Below are positions 40,093 to 49,509 of a stretch of 64,000 nucleotides of DNA, one piece after another. Under the pieces are notes generated by a model. It saw only the letters and a list, made by a program, of their open reading frames with translations. It had not been told where the DNA came from and did no database searches. The position numbers were made by a program, and so were the translations under genes. Every line of letters begins with the position of its first letter. Position 1 is the first letter of the stretch. This stretch comes from Polyangiaceae bacterium. Its GTDB lineage: Bacteria > Myxococcota_A > Polyangia > Polyangiales > Polyangiaceae. The stretch lies in the NCBI GenBank assembly GCA_965222375.1, contig CBDCTZ010000016.1, positions 320,001-384,000 on the forward strand, given 5' to 3'.

Positions 40093-40150
40093 GCGGAGGA
40101 GCAGGGATTCGACCCCTGGGTGCCCTTTCGGGCGCGCGGTTTTCGAAACC
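40093..40150 (-). pseudogene. tRNA-Ser(CGA) 3' fragment (anticodon arm to discriminator), att-like remnant
   Basis: GGT-TTCGAAA-ACC, long variable arm GCCC-GAAA-GGGC, T-arm CAGGG-GTCGAAT-CCCTG, CTCCTCC-G; 5' half absent. Confidence 0.75.
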
Positions 40151-40316
40151 CAAAATTCTACCACGCTGCAGGCGCAGGGTTGCGCCGACCGCAGCGAAGG
40201 CTGCTCGGCGCAAGAACCCTGCGCGAGACCGAAGGGAACCCCTGGAAGGGGCAGGGCGGGACGGCCGCTATCCACTCAGAAAGCCGGCGGTCGTCTGCTG
40301 CAACGTCCTGTTAGGC
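40147..40316 (-). other. attC fragment (R''/L'' plus central part, long class) lacking L'/R'
   Basis: Homologous to the other attC sites, truncated at the tRNA fragment. Confidence 0.85.
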
Positions 40317-40844
40317 CGCCTTCGTGTCGATCCAGTATCGTCGTTTTGGTGTTTCGAGGTCGGGAGCGACGACGACGTTTTCGAGAACGCCGCCGTTCTT
40401 TTCGATAGCTCGGATGGACCCGATATTGTCGTCATCACACGTCACCAGCACGCGTTCGATACCAAGGTGATCGCGGGCGATGTCCATGGACAACCGGAGA
40501 ATTGTGGTCGCGTAACCTTGCCGACGAAACTCCGGCACGACGACGAAGCCAATGTGGCCCCCTACGCGAAGCAGAATCTCATTCAGTGAATGTCGGATCG
40601 ACGTACGGCCGACGATTCTTGCTCCGGCGAAAGCGAAGAGGAACGTCGATGGAACGTGATTCTGCGATGGTAGTCCGACGCCTCGCGCCCGCTCCGCGAG
40701 AATTTGGAGGTACCTCCGGAAAGGCACGCCCGGTTCATGGTAGTGCAAGAACTCCGGGAAGGTGGGCGATGTCGCCTTGTGAGCTCTGATGAACTCGTCC
40801 TCCTCGTCTTCCGTGGGATGTCTGAGCGTCAGCTCGCGCCGCAT
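40311..40844 (-). CDS. Cassette 19: GNAT acetyltransferase
   Basis: VGR.SIRH.LN..L...GGHIGF.V.P..RR.GYA, VLVTCD..NIGS...IEKNGG; stop in attC R''. Confidence 0.9.
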   Translation of the reverse strand: MRRELTLRHPTEDEEDEFIRAHKATSPTFPEFLHYHEPGVPFRRYLQILAERARGVGLPSQNHVPSTFLFAFAGARIVGRTSIRHSLNEILLRVGGHIGFVVVPEFRRQGYATTILRLSMDIARDHLGIERVLVTCDDDNIGSIRAIEKNGGVLENVVVAPDLETPKRRYWIDTKAA

Positions 40845-40870
40845 TCTCACCTGAGCTTGGAGAGTTGTAG

Positions 40871-41078
40871 ACCTAGCAATTGAGGCGTTCAGGAACGCCG
40901 CGAACAGCCTCACCCAAGACTACCACGCTGCAGGCGCAGGGTTGCGCCGCACGTGTCGAAGGGTGCTCGGCGCAAGAACCCTGCGCGAGACCGAAGGGAA
41001 CCCCTGGAAGGGGCAGGGCGGAACGAACGCCATCCAGTCAGAAAGCCGGCGATCGTCTGCTGCAACGTCGTGTTAGAC
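40871..41078 (-). other. attC (long class, damaged: R' reads GCTAGGT, L' deletion)
   Basis: Homology to the attC family. Confidence 0.85.
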
Positions 41079-41088
41079 AGCTCTGTTG

Positions 41089-41463
41089 TCAGGGTGCGAG
41101 CTTGAATTCGACGTTTTCTCGAGTGACGTGGCACTCGTCGCTATCGTCAACAACGACGGTCTTCTTGGCGGTCTGGTATCCAGGCGCGGATACAGTAACC
41201 TCGTACGTTCCAAGTCGCTCACCGACGCCGAAGCAAGTGCAGTCGGTAGCGGCGGAGCACTGGAGAGCCTCCTGGAACTGCCCGTCCTGCGCGACGACGG
41301 ATGCGTTGCAAATCCGCTCTCCGGTTGCCTCGTCGCGAACGGTGACGTTGATGGAGTAGTGGAGACTAGCGTCGCAGGACTTACTGCTGCTGCAGTTTGG
41401 AAGGACGGCTAGCAGGGTCGGGCCGAGTAGTAACCACAAGAATCGACTGGAGGAAGCACGCAT
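41089..41463 (-). CDS. Cassette 18: small lipoprotein with a carboxypeptidase-regulatory-like domain
   Basis: Lipobox; VTVRD..TG..I.NA.V, G.YEVTVSAPGY. Confidence 0.75.
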   Translation of the reverse strand: MRASSSRFLWLLLGPTLLAVLPNCSSSKSCDASLHYSINVTVRDEATGERICNASVVAQDGQFQEALQCSAATDCTCFGVGERLGTYEVTVSAPGYQTAKKTVVVDDSDECHVTRENVEFKLAP

Positions 41464-41467
41464 GTCT

Positions 41468-41680
41468 GTCTAACGATTGAGGCGTTCAGCAGCGAACGCC
41501 AGCAACAGCATACACAAAAACCCACCACGCTGCAGGCGCAGGGTTGCGCCGAAGGCAGCGAAGGCTGCTCGGCGCAAGAACCCGGCGCGAGACCGAAGGG
41601 AACCCCTGGAAGGGGCAGGGCGGAACGGACGCCATCCAGTCAGCAAGCCTGCGGTCGTCTGCTGCAACGTCTTGTTAGGC
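41468..41680 (-). other. attC (213 bp)
   Basis: RYYTAAC...GTTAGRY cores, L boxes. Confidence 0.92.
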
Positions 41681-41706
41681 GGCATGCGCTGGGCTACGCT
41701 TAGTTC

Positions 41707-41931
41707 GTGGACCTACAGCTGACAGCGGTTTTCAAGAAGGTACCGCAAGGGTACATTGCGTTCGTGGAAGAACTTCCTGGTGCGAACACCCAGGGCGCCA
41801 CGCTTGACGAGGCGCGAGAAAACTTGCGGGAAGCCGTCGAATTGGTGCTTGTTGCCAACCGCGAGTTCGCGCGTGAGGACGCCGGTGACGACGAAGTAAT
41901 CCGCGAGCAACTCAGGATCGCTAGCGGGTGA
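41707..41931 (+). CDS. hicB: Cassette 17: HicB-family antitoxin (inverted relative to the array)
   Basis: GYIAFVEELPGANTQG.TLDEARENLREA. Confidence 0.88.
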   Translation: MDLQLTAVFKKVPQGYIAFVEELPGANTQGATLDEARENLREAVELVLVANREFAREDAGDDEVIREQLRIASG

Positions 41932-42113
41932 AGCGTCGCGATCTGATCCGGCATCTTGAGAAGAACGGTTGCCGGCTCCTGCGCGAGGGTGGAAGTCACT
42001 CGGTGTACGTCAATCCAGCGGCGAAGAAGGCATCAACTGTGCCTCGCCACTCCGAGGTCAACGACCATCTCGCGCGCAAGATCTGCAAGGATCTCGATGT
42101 GCCTCGCCCTTAG
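41928..42113 (+). CDS. hicA: Cassette 17: HicA-family toxin
   Basis: LIRHLE.NG....REGGSH..Y, TVPRH.E, I.KDL. Confidence 0.9.
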   Translation: MKRRDLIRHLEKNGCRLLREGGSHSVYVNPAAKKASTVPRHSEVNDHLARKICKDLDVPRP

Positions 42114-42158
42114 CGGAGTGCGCTCCAACGGCCAGCCTGCGCGATGAGTCTGTGGTCC

Positions 42159-42369
42159 GCCTAACAATTGAGGCGTTCAGCAGCGAACGCCAGAAACAAC
42201 ACCACCCAAGACTACCACGCTACAGGCGCAGGGTTGCGCCGAACGCAGCGAAGGCTGCTCGGCGCAAGACCCCTGCGCGAGACCGAAGGGAACCCCTGGA
42301 AGGGGCACGGCGGAGCGAACGCCAACCAGTCAGAAAGCCGGCGGTCGTCCGCTGCAACGTCCTGTAGGC
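42159..42369 (-). other. attC (long class, 1-nt deletion in R'')
   Basis: Ends CCTGTAGGC instead of CCTGTTAGGC. Confidence 0.88.
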
Positions 42370-42621
42370 GGGGTTCACCGTGACGTAGAACGCCGCTGGC
42401 GGGGGCAGCTCGGTGGCGGCGCTGGCGAAAGCATGCGCGGCAGCAATGGACTTAGTGTGAATGGAAACAACGTCGCCCTCGAACACGCAGCGATCCACGT
42501 ATGCCTTTGCGTCGACAAGAGAGAGCCCAAGGTGAGTGCAGAGCAGTCGGATTACTTCGACGGTCCCGACGCTAGCGGGACCACAGAAACGCGGGTCGAT
42601 CCGGAGTTGTACAGTGGGCAT
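42220..42621 (-). CDS. Cassette 16, ORF2: hypothetical (L7/L12 CTD-like motif); reads through into attC because the stop was lost
   Basis: V.VIR.L....GLSL.DAK.YVD; ancestral stop expected at ~42365. Confidence 0.5.
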   Translation of the reverse strand: MPTVQLRIDPRFCGPASVGTVEVIRLLCTHLGLSLVDAKAYVDRCVFEGDVVSIHTKSIAAAHAFASAATELPPPAAFYVTVNPAYRTLQRTTAGFLTGWRSLRRAPSRGSLRSRAGVLRRAAFAAFGATLRL

Positions 42622-43010
42622 CAGTGATCACTTCGCGTCGGCGGCTGTAGGCGTGCCCTGATGTATCCGCGAGCCTCGAGATTGAGTCCCCACTCGTCGG
42701 TCCCGCGCGAAATGCCCAAGAAGTAAAGGTTCCGATCAAGTTGTTCAAAGTGCACATCGCAGTCGGACGCGCGCAACGACACCAGCGTTGATTCGTCGTC
42801 GACCTCTACCGTCACCCATGCGGGTTGGTCATCCCAGGGATGGACCTGAATTCGGTTTTTCTGGGTCGTCCAGACGTCGATAACCGTGCTTGTTGAACCC
42901 CCGACCCGAAGGACGTAGCGCGCAGCACCAGTTCGGACGATCTCAATCAAGACGTCGTCGGCAGCAAAGTCATCGACGTCGCCGCTGGGCTGGACCTCGA
43001 GGCGCATCAC
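42621..43010 (-). CDS. Cassette 16, ORF1: hypothetical protein
   Basis: GGAGGAG RBS directly after the attC R'. Confidence 0.6.
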   Translation of the reverse strand: MMRLEVQPSGDVDDFAADDVLIEIVRTGAARYVLRVGGSTSTVIDVWTTQKNRIQVHPWDDQPAWVTVEVDDESTLVSLRASDCDVHFEQLDRNLYFLGISRGTDEWGLNLEARGYIRARLQPPTRSDH

Positions 43011-43016
43011 TCCTCC

Positions 43017-43203
43017 GCCTAACGATTGAGGCGTTCAGCAGCGAACGCCAGCAACAGCATAACCAAAAAACCACCACGCTGCAGGCGCAGGGTTGCACCG
43101 AACGCATCGAAGGATGCTCGGTGCAAGAACCCTGCGCGCAGGGCGGAACGGACGGTACCCGGTCAGAAAGGCCGCGATCGTCTGCTGCAACGTCCTGTTA
43201 GAC
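43017..43203 (-). other. attC (187 bp)
   Basis: Cores and L boxes. Confidence 0.92.
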
Positions 43204-43497
43204 CGCCCGGTCACGCCAGTAGCCTGGTCGGCGCTTGCAGTGTGCGATGGCCACAACCAGCACCACTTCTCCACGCACGCAGTACACGACTTCGTAGGGG
43301 AACCGCTGCAGAAGGAACCGTCGCGTTCCCTCAAGATGTGCTGGCCAGGCGCCGGGCGCTGCCACGATTTCGCGAAAGGCGCGACGAACCTCGAGTTCAA
43401 AGGCGGTCGCGGCTACGGGGTTGCGCTCGGCGTACCACTCTGCCGCCGCGCGAGCCTCGTCTGCAGCCTCGGCGAGTACATCAAGTACGACCGCCAC
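43198..43497 (-). CDS. Cassette 15: RelE/ParE-family toxin
   Basis: A.DE...AA.WY, F...V......I...P, RR..L.RFPY.VVY, VVAIAH..RRPGYW. Confidence 0.9.
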   Translation of the reverse strand: MAVVLDVLAEAADEARAAAEWYAERNPVAATAFELEVRRAFREIVAAPGAWPAHLEGTRRFLLQRFPYEVVYCVRGEVVLVVAIAHCKRRPGYWRDRAV

Positions 43498-43720
43498 TCG
43501 CGATTGCTTTCAGGTCGTCCAACAGTTGTTCACCGGAAACAACGCGCGCCTTTCCGGCGTCGTAGGCCTGAACACGCTTTTGGATTTCGACCGCCCACGC
43601 GACGTCGCGGTCGGCGTCCGGTGGGGATTCATCCAGACTGTGAATTAGCTCGCCCAGGAGTTTCGCGCGGGCCTCAACTGGCAGACGGAGCGCTTCCTGC
43701 AGCAGTTGGTCGATATCCAT
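43481..43720 (-). CDS. Cassette 15: addiction-module antitoxin
   Basis: ALRLP.E.RA.L...LI.SLD, AW..EI..R. Confidence 0.85.
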   Translation of the reverse strand: MDIDQLLQEALRLPVEARAKLLGELIHSLDESPPDADRDVAWAVEIQKRVQAYDAGKARVVSGEQLLDDLKAIASGGRT

Positions 43721-43769
43721 GAACCCAGTGTACCAGAGCAAGCGGCCACGGCCAGATACGGCGTTGTCG

Positions 43770-43955
43770 GTTTAACAATTGAGGCGTTCAGCAGCGAACG
43801 CCAGGAACATCATACCAAAAAACCAAAAGGCTTCAGGCGCAGGGTTGCGCCGAACGCAGCGAAGGCTGCTCGGTGCAAGACCCCTGCGCGCAGGGCGGAA
43901 CGGACGCTACCCAGTCAGAAAGCCGGCGATCGTCTGCTGCAACGTCCTGTTAGGC
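43770..43955 (-). other. attC (186 bp)
   Basis: Cores and L boxes. Confidence 0.92.
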
Positions 43956-43961
43956 CGCCCG

Positions 43962-44321
43962 CTAACCCATAGACCTCGCAGCCGGGCCGTGCGGCTCTGG
44001 CCAGACGAACTTCACGAAGTAGATGGCCGCAGCCACGAAGCTGCCAACGAAGAGGAAGATGGCCCAAAGCACGCGAGCGTTCTGATCGAGTGCGGCGTTC
44101 TTGAAGACGTGTGCGACGTAGAAGACGAGGAGCGCAAGGACCTCAAGCATAGTGAGGACATGGAGAGCGAGCAGTGTTGGTATCGCAGAGGCGACCGCGG
44201 GCGGGTCCTGGCCAATGGTTGTGATCGTGGTGAGAAACGCTGCAAAGAAGAGCAGCATGTAGAGTGGAGGCCAGCATGTAGCGACGCCGACAAAGATCTT
44301 GGTGCGCTTGCTCAGTTGCAC
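43962..44321 (-). CDS. Cassette 14: small 3-TM membrane protein
   Basis: Hydrophobic segments; fills the cassette. Confidence 0.7.
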   Translation of the reverse strand: MQLSKRTKIFVGVATCWPPLYMLLFFAAFLTTITTIGQDPPAVASAIPTLLALHVLTMLEVLALLVFYVAHVFKNAALDQNARVLWAIFLFVGSFVAAAIYFVKFVWPEPHGPAARSMG

Positions 44322-44346
44322 AGAAACCTACGGGCAAAGCCAGTCG

Positions 44347-44559
44347 GCCTAACGATTGAGGCGTTCAGCAGCGAACGCCAGCAACAGCATACCCAAAAAA
44401 CCAAAACGCTGCAGGCGCAGGGTTGCGCCGAACGCAGCGAATGCTGCTCGGCGCAAGAGCCCTGCGCGAGACCGAAGGGAACCCTTGGAAGGGGCAGGGC
44501 GGAACGAAGGCCATCCAGTCAGAAAGCCGGCGGTCGTCTGCTGCAACGTCCTGTTAGGA
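44347..44559 (-). other. attC (213 bp)
   Basis: Cores and L boxes. Confidence 0.92.
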
Positions 44560-44612
44560 GGCTGAGGGTGTCAGGTGCTGGAACAACGGACGCCAGGTGG
44601 TGTCATTAGATC

Positions 44613-45077
44613 GTGTGGGCAAGGGCGGCATTGACTCTCGTGCTGGCAATCGGATGTGAGCAACCGCCACCGGTAGAACTTGCGCGGGCGGGTGGGGCCG
44701 CTGGTGCCATCGAGAGAGCGCGCCAGAGTGTCATGGAGAATCACGCTTACGAGCGCCTCGCCTCGGCCAATGCACGGCTTGTGGTAGGCCACACCTGTTA
44801 CTACGGTGCGAAGCGCCCGCAAGGTTGGGCGGAGCTGAACGTGCTTGTGCGTGCACGTCGTGACGACCTGCTGTGGCGGTTGCAGCGAGCGCCAACGCCG
44901 GAAGCGCGCTTGTACGGCGCGATCGGCTTGCGGGAAACGGAAGCGGTTGGCCCGAAGTGGTTCAAAGTGCTGGTGGCGGCGGTCCGGGAGCCCGTGGCGA
45001 CGTGCAGAGGGTGCCTGCTTTCATCGGGTTCGGCGGTGGAAGCAGTTGCCGCGTACGATGACTGGGAGTCGGCCTAA
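44613..45077 (+). CDS. Cassette 13: putative lipoprotein, inverted relative to the array
   Basis: AIGC lipobox; TAA stop lies within the neighbouring attC core. Confidence 0.6.
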   Translation: MWARAALTLVLAIGCEQPPPVELARAGGAAGAIERARQSVMENHAYERLASANARLVVGHTCYYGAKRPQGWAELNVLVRARRDDLLWRLQRAPTPEARLYGAIGLRETEAVGPKWFKVLVAAVREPVATCRGCLLSSGSAVEAVAAYDDWESA

Positions 45078-45257
45078 CAATTGAGGCGTTCAGCAGCGAA
45101 CGCCAGAAACAACACCAACCAACAATATCACGCTACAGGCGCAGGGTTGCGCCGACCGCAGCGAAGGCTGCTCGGTGCAAGACCCCTGCGCGCAGGGCGG
45201 AACGGACGCCATCCAGTCAGAAGGCCGGCGTTCGACTGCTGCAACGTCCTGTTAGGC
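45072..45257 (-). other. attC (186 bp)
   Basis: Same as attC 53455-53640. Confidence 0.92.
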
Positions 45258-45259
45258 CG

Positions 45260-45700
45260 CTACGCTACTCCGACGCCTTCCGCGCCTGCACTTCCGGGTC
45301 CGGAAGGAGGCGGTATGTCGGCAACCAGCGCCTCGATGCGCGGCAAGCGAGGAGTGACAGCAGATCGGACCGTTTCAATGGATTGAGGTGCCGAAAAACG
45401 AAGGAGCAACACGTAGATCCCGCCAAAGGATCTGAGATAGGCATCGCCGGAGCGGCGTTTCGCGAAGCGATCAAGGCGGCCGCCGCGACGGAGCGGGGGA
45501 TCGAGACTGGCGAGTTCGTCCAAAACGATCTGCGCAGCGGGAGAGCGGCCGTCGTCCTTCACGTGTTCGCTGGAACACCAGAGCGTACCGCGACTGTCGA
45601 GCACGTAGGCGTAGATGGCGCGGGCATCGGCAGCCAAATTGGTCAGCACGCGCCGCAGCTCGGACGAGGCCGGCGTTTCAGGACCCATGCGCATTCCCAC
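45260..45700 (-). CDS. Cassette 12: gene B, copy 2 (roadblock/LC7-like hypothetical)
   Basis: Identical translation to 53643-54083. Confidence 0.7.
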   Translation of the reverse strand: MGMRMGPETPASSELRRVLTNLAADARAIYAYVLDSRGTLWCSSEHVKDDGRSPAAQIVLDELASLDPPLRRGGRLDRFAKRRSGDAYLRSFGGIYVLLLRFSAPQSIETVRSAVTPRLPRIEALVADIPPPSGPGSAGAEGVGVA

Positions 45701-45717
45701 CCACTGTCTCGACGTCG

Positions 45718-45904
45718 GCCTAACAATTGAGGCGTTCAGCAGCGAACGCCAGAAACAACATACCCAAACTCTACCACGCAGTCAGGCGCAGGGTTGCGCC
45801 GAACGCAGCGAAGGCTGCTCGGTGCAAGAACCCTGCGCGCAGGGCGGAACGGACGCTGACGAGTCAGAAAGCCGGCGGTCGTCTGCTGCAACGTCCTGTT
45901 AGGC
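45718..45904 (-). other. attC (187 bp) of cassette A
   Basis: Same as the attC sites at 50403, 52244 and 54101. Confidence 0.92.
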
Positions 45905-45908
45905 AACG

Positions 45909-46274
45909 CTACGAGGACTTGCGGGTCAACCGTGACGCCACCTCGACCAACCCGTTGGTGATGACTTCCGGAAGCGGCGCCGCCAACTTCGTTCGGAGGA
46001 GCGCAGCGATGTCCATTGTGAACAGCACTTCTCCGCCAGCGAAGAGTGAGACGGTTTCGTCCTCCTGGTGCAACCCATCTGGCCACCACTTCCGCTGCCA
46101 CTCGATCCTCAGGGGCTGGTCCTGGATCGAAGCGCAACGGAGGACGACACTGGCGGGGTTGTATGCCGTTTCTGATTCCTGAATTTGAACAACCTCGAGA
46201 CCAAGTTCCTCGAGTCTTGCGCGGAGGTTGGAGACCGCCGCGGTGTCAGACAGGAAAAGGAAGGGCTGAGCCAC
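45909..46274 (-). CDS. Cassette 11: gene A, copy 4 (hypothetical, 121 aa)
   Basis: Identical translation in four cassettes. Confidence 0.75.
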   Translation of the reverse strand: MAQPFLFLSDTAAVSNLRARLEELGLEVVQIQESETAYNPASVVLRCASIQDQPLRIEWQRKWWPDGLHQEDETVSLFAGGEVLFTMDIAALLRTKLAAPLPEVITNGLVEVASRLTRKSS

Positions 46275-46284
46275 CTGCGCGATT

Positions 46285-46471
46285 GCCTAACAATTGAGGC
46301 GTTCAGCAGCGAACGCCAGGAACAACATACCCAGACATTATCACGCAGTCGGGCGCAGGGTTGCGCCGACCGCAGCGAGGGCTGCTCGGCGCAAGAACCC
46401 TGCGCGCAGGGCGGAACGGACGCCATCCAGTCGAAAAGCCGGCGGTCGTCTGCTGCAACGTCCTGTTAGGA
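46285..46471 (-). other. attC (187 bp) of cassette D
   Basis: Same as attC 50970-51156. Confidence 0.92.
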
Positions 46472-46493
46472 GGCGTCGTTCTTTAGCAGTCGA

Positions 46494-46883
46494 CTATTCC
46501 GTACGGCCAAGAGGCACCGCTTGGGACCAGCGAGCGCCCTCCTGACATTCGAGCATGGCGCCCTGGTTGTGTGCAACGAGACGGAGGGGCCGCGAGGTGA
46601 CGCACCGAAGGAAGGCATTCAGATCGCTCGCCATTGCGGTCATGAGCTCGTGGCGGGGCGTGTCATCGTACCCGTCGTAATCGCACCAGTCGGTGACCTC
46701 CAGTCCGGAGGAGTGCTTCGCGTCGACGAACCACTCGAGAACGTTGATGGCAGCGTGGACTGTCACGGAAAGCTCGTCCCGTGTGAGGACAATCTCAACA
46801 TACTCCGCGTGCCGCTGGACAACCACGCCCGGCGTTCCGGCGAAGGCCTCCACCGCAGCGACGTGGGGACGGAGAGCTTTCAC
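46494..46883 (-). CDS. Cassette 10: gene D, copy 2 (hypothetical, 129 aa)
   Basis: Identical to 51179-51568. Confidence 0.7.
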   Translation of the reverse strand: MKALRPHVAAVEAFAGTPGVVVQRHAEYVEIVLTRDELSVTVHAAINVLEWFVDAKHSSGLEVTDWCDYDGYDDTPRHELMTAMASDLNAFLRCVTSRPLRLVAHNQGAMLECQEGARWSQAVPLGRTE

Positions 46884-46888
46884 CGTCC

Positions 46889-47075
46889 GCCTAACGATTG
46901 AGGCGTTCAGCAGCGAACGCCAGCCACAGCATACCCAAAAAACTACAACGCTGCAGGCGCAGGGTTGCGCCGAACGCAGCGAAGGCTGCTCGGCGCAAGA
47001 ACCCTGCGCGTGGGGCGGAACGGACGCCATCCAGTCAGAAAGCCGGCGGTCGTCTGCTGCAACGTCCTGTTAGGC
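46889..47075 (-). other. attC (187 bp)
   Basis: Cores and L boxes. Confidence 0.92.
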
Positions 47076-47524
47076 GGGCCCCGCCGTCTCTTGGACGTTG
47101 GCTTGCAGCCAGTGAACCAACGCCTCCAGGGTGAGCCGCCCCGAGGCGACGGACATTACGACGCTTTCCTGTTCGTCGTCCGTAGCGATGATTTCGAAAC
47201 CGTTCAGTACGAGGAAGACTTCCATCGCGGCGTGACCGATTCGCTTGTTTCCGTCGATAAAGGGATGACCTTGTATGAGCGCGAAACCAAGCGCGGCGGC
47301 TTTCTCAACAAGGGTTGGGTGCAGCTCGACACCATCGAACGTGGCGAGAGGTTGTGCGAGTGCGGATTGAACTCGCCCGAGGTCGCGCACACCGGCGGCA
47401 CCGCCGGAAGGTAACCGTTCAGGGGTAGGGCGCCTGGACACCGCGGTCTCGCGCAAGCGATCGAGATTGCTCCATTATTTCAATCGGCTTTCCATCTTCG
47501 CAAAAATGGGCGATTGGGACGCTG

Positions 47525-48979
47525 GTGAGCGATCCGCAGGCCGACCGTACCCGGCAGCTCGAGGCTGAAGTTGCAGCCAAAGATGCCCGCATCGCGGAGC
47601 AGGATGCGCGCATCGCGGAGCAGGATGCCCGCATCGCGGAGCTTGAGCAGCAGGTTGCTAGCTTGCTGGAGAAGCTGAATCAAAACTCGTCGAATTCGCA
47701 CAAGCCACCGTCCAGCGATCCCCCGGGCAATCGGAAGGAGCGTCGATCGCGGGCCAAGCAGAAGAAGCGCAAGCGAGGTGGGCAGAAGGGGCACCCGGGC
47801 AGCCACCGAAACTTGGTGCCGGAAGATCAGGTGGACAAGTTCGTCGACCACTTCCCACGCGAGTGCGAAAATTGCTGGAAACCGCTGCCGGAAGTCCGCG
47901 ACCCGCACGCCCATCGTCACCAGGTGACCGAGGTCCCACCCATCCGCCCGCACACGACCGAGTATCGTCGCCACGCGGTAGCCTGCGCAGGCTGCGCCCA
48001 TGTCACTTGCGCGCGCTACGACGAATCTCTGATCCCAACGTCCTCATTTGGACCTCGCCTGATGGCGTTAGTGGCTCTCTTTACGGGCGTGTATCATCTC
48101 AGCCGGCGCAAGGCGCAAGGGCTACTTGCCGATGTGCTGGGCGTCTCGGTTTCACTCGGCGCGATCAGTGCGGTCGAAGAGCGCGTCAGCGACGCGCTCG
48201 CGCCCGCGGTCAATGAAGCCTGGGACCATGCGGTCCAGGCCGATGTGAAACACACCGATGGAACAACCTGGTTTCAGGCAGGCACGACGATGTCCCTTTG
48301 GACCATCGCCACCGCGGCGGTGACGGTGTTCCGGATCCTCGCCGATGGCGCCAAAGACACACTCCGGCCGTTGTTCGGCGACCTGAATGGGATCTTGGTA
48401 AGTGATCGCGCCACAGCACTTACTTTCTGGGCGGCGGAGCGCCGGCAGATCTGTTGGGCGCATTTGCTACGTAAGTTTGTGTCGTTCTCGGAGCGCGATG
48501 GTCCCGCCGGCGCGCTTGGCCGAGACTTGCTCGGCTACACCGGCATCTTGTTCGATTATTGGCGCGACTACCGGGCGGGGAAAATGACCCGGGAGCGATT
48601 TCTGGCGTGGATGGCTCCGCTGCGGCAGCAGATGGAGGCTATGTTCGAGAAGGCTGTCCTCCTCGACATCAAGGACTTGTCGGGGTCGTGCGCCAACATT
48701 CTGAAATACAAGGAGGCGCTTTGGACCTTCATCGAGCGCGATGACGTGGAGCCGACAAACAACCATGCCGAAAGGGAACTGCGCGCTTTCGTGCTCTGGC
48801 GCAAGGGCTCGTTCGGAAGCCAGAGCAAGCGTGGCAACGTCTTCGCTGAGCGCGTGATGACCATCGCGCACACGGCGCGCAAGCAGAACAAGAACGTGCT
48901 GACTTTCCTCGCCGAGTCCTGCCAAGCTCGCATGGAGGGGACAAACTGGCCCTCCTTGTTCAAGACCGCAGCAGCTTGA
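47525..48979 (+). CDS. IS66 transposase (TnpC-like)
   Basis: Identical protein to 16574-18028. Confidence 0.95.
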   Translation: MSDPQADRTRQLEAEVAAKDARIAEQDARIAEQDARIAELEQQVASLLEKLNQNSSNSHKPPSSDPPGNRKERRSRAKQKKRKRGGQKGHPGSHRNLVPEDQVDKFVDHFPRECENCWKPLPEVRDPHAHRHQVTEVPPIRPHTTEYRRHAVACAGCAHVTCARYDESLIPTSSFGPRLMALVALFTGVYHLSRRKAQGLLADVLGVSVSLGAISAVEERVSDALAPAVNEAWDHAVQADVKHTDGTTWFQAGTTMSLWTIATAAVTVFRILADGAKDTLRPLFGDLNGILVSDRATALTFWAAERRQICWAHLLRKFVSFSERDGPAGALGRDLLGYTGILFDYWRDYRAGKMTRERFLAWMAPLRQQMEAMFEKAVLLDIKDLSGSCANILKYKEALWTFIERDDVEPTNNHAERELRAFVLWRKGSFGSQSKRGNVFAERVMTIAHTARKQNKNVLTFLAESCQARMEGTNWPSLFKTAAA

Positions 48980-48980
48980 G

Positions 48981-49394
48981 TCACTCAGTATCGGCCGCGG
49001 CGTCCACCGCCATCGGGAAGTACCGCGTCAGATGCTTGGAACCGACGCTCCGGATCTGCCCCGCACTCCTCAAACGCGTCATCGGTCGGTGCAGCTCGCG
49101 CACCGAAATGCCGACTTCCTCTGCCAGCGCCGCCATGCCCTTGCCGGGGCTCGCACAGATGGCCGCGTAGAGCCGCTGCCCAATCGCCGTAACTTCCTCG
49201 GGTGGACGGCGACGTCCCGTGCGACCTCTCGACCCTGTCGATGACTTCCGCGCCCTGGCAGCCCGCGTCTCCGCCACCGCGAAGCCTCGCTCGACCGCCT
49301 CCTGCGCGCTCCGCCGGCTTTCCGCGATGTGCTCCCGAACCAGCTGCTCGATCCGCTCCGACAATCCCTCGCTGTTACTCGTCGTCTTCGCCAT
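48981..49394 (-). CDS. Passenger winged-HTH-like protein within IS66
   Basis: Identical to 16159-16572. Confidence 0.65.
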   Translation of the reverse strand: MAKTTSNSEGLSERIEQLVREHIAESRRSAQEAVERGFAVAETRAARARKSSTGSRGRTGRRRPPEEVTAIGQRLYAAICASPGKGMAALAEEVGISVRELHRPMTRLRSAGQIRSVGSKHLTRYFPMAVDAAADTE

Positions 49395-49509
49395 GCGCCA
49401 CGAATCTCACGTCCCGAGCCGGGCCCTCAACCCAACCCCTGAACGGTTACGCCGGAAGAGGCTACCAGGGCAGCGTGAAGCCTGAGCACCTCGCCGAGTG
49501 TCAGGAACC

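Larger units (their letters stand above)
47411..49450 (+). mobile_element. IS66-family element, 2040 bp, copy 2
   Basis: Same TIRs; 8-bp TSD GCCGGAAG (47403-10, 49451-58). Confidence 0.95.

Noticed and set aside
40093..40150. Functional tRNA-Ser gene
   Set aside because: The 5' acceptor strand and D-arm are missing and the T-loop starts with G
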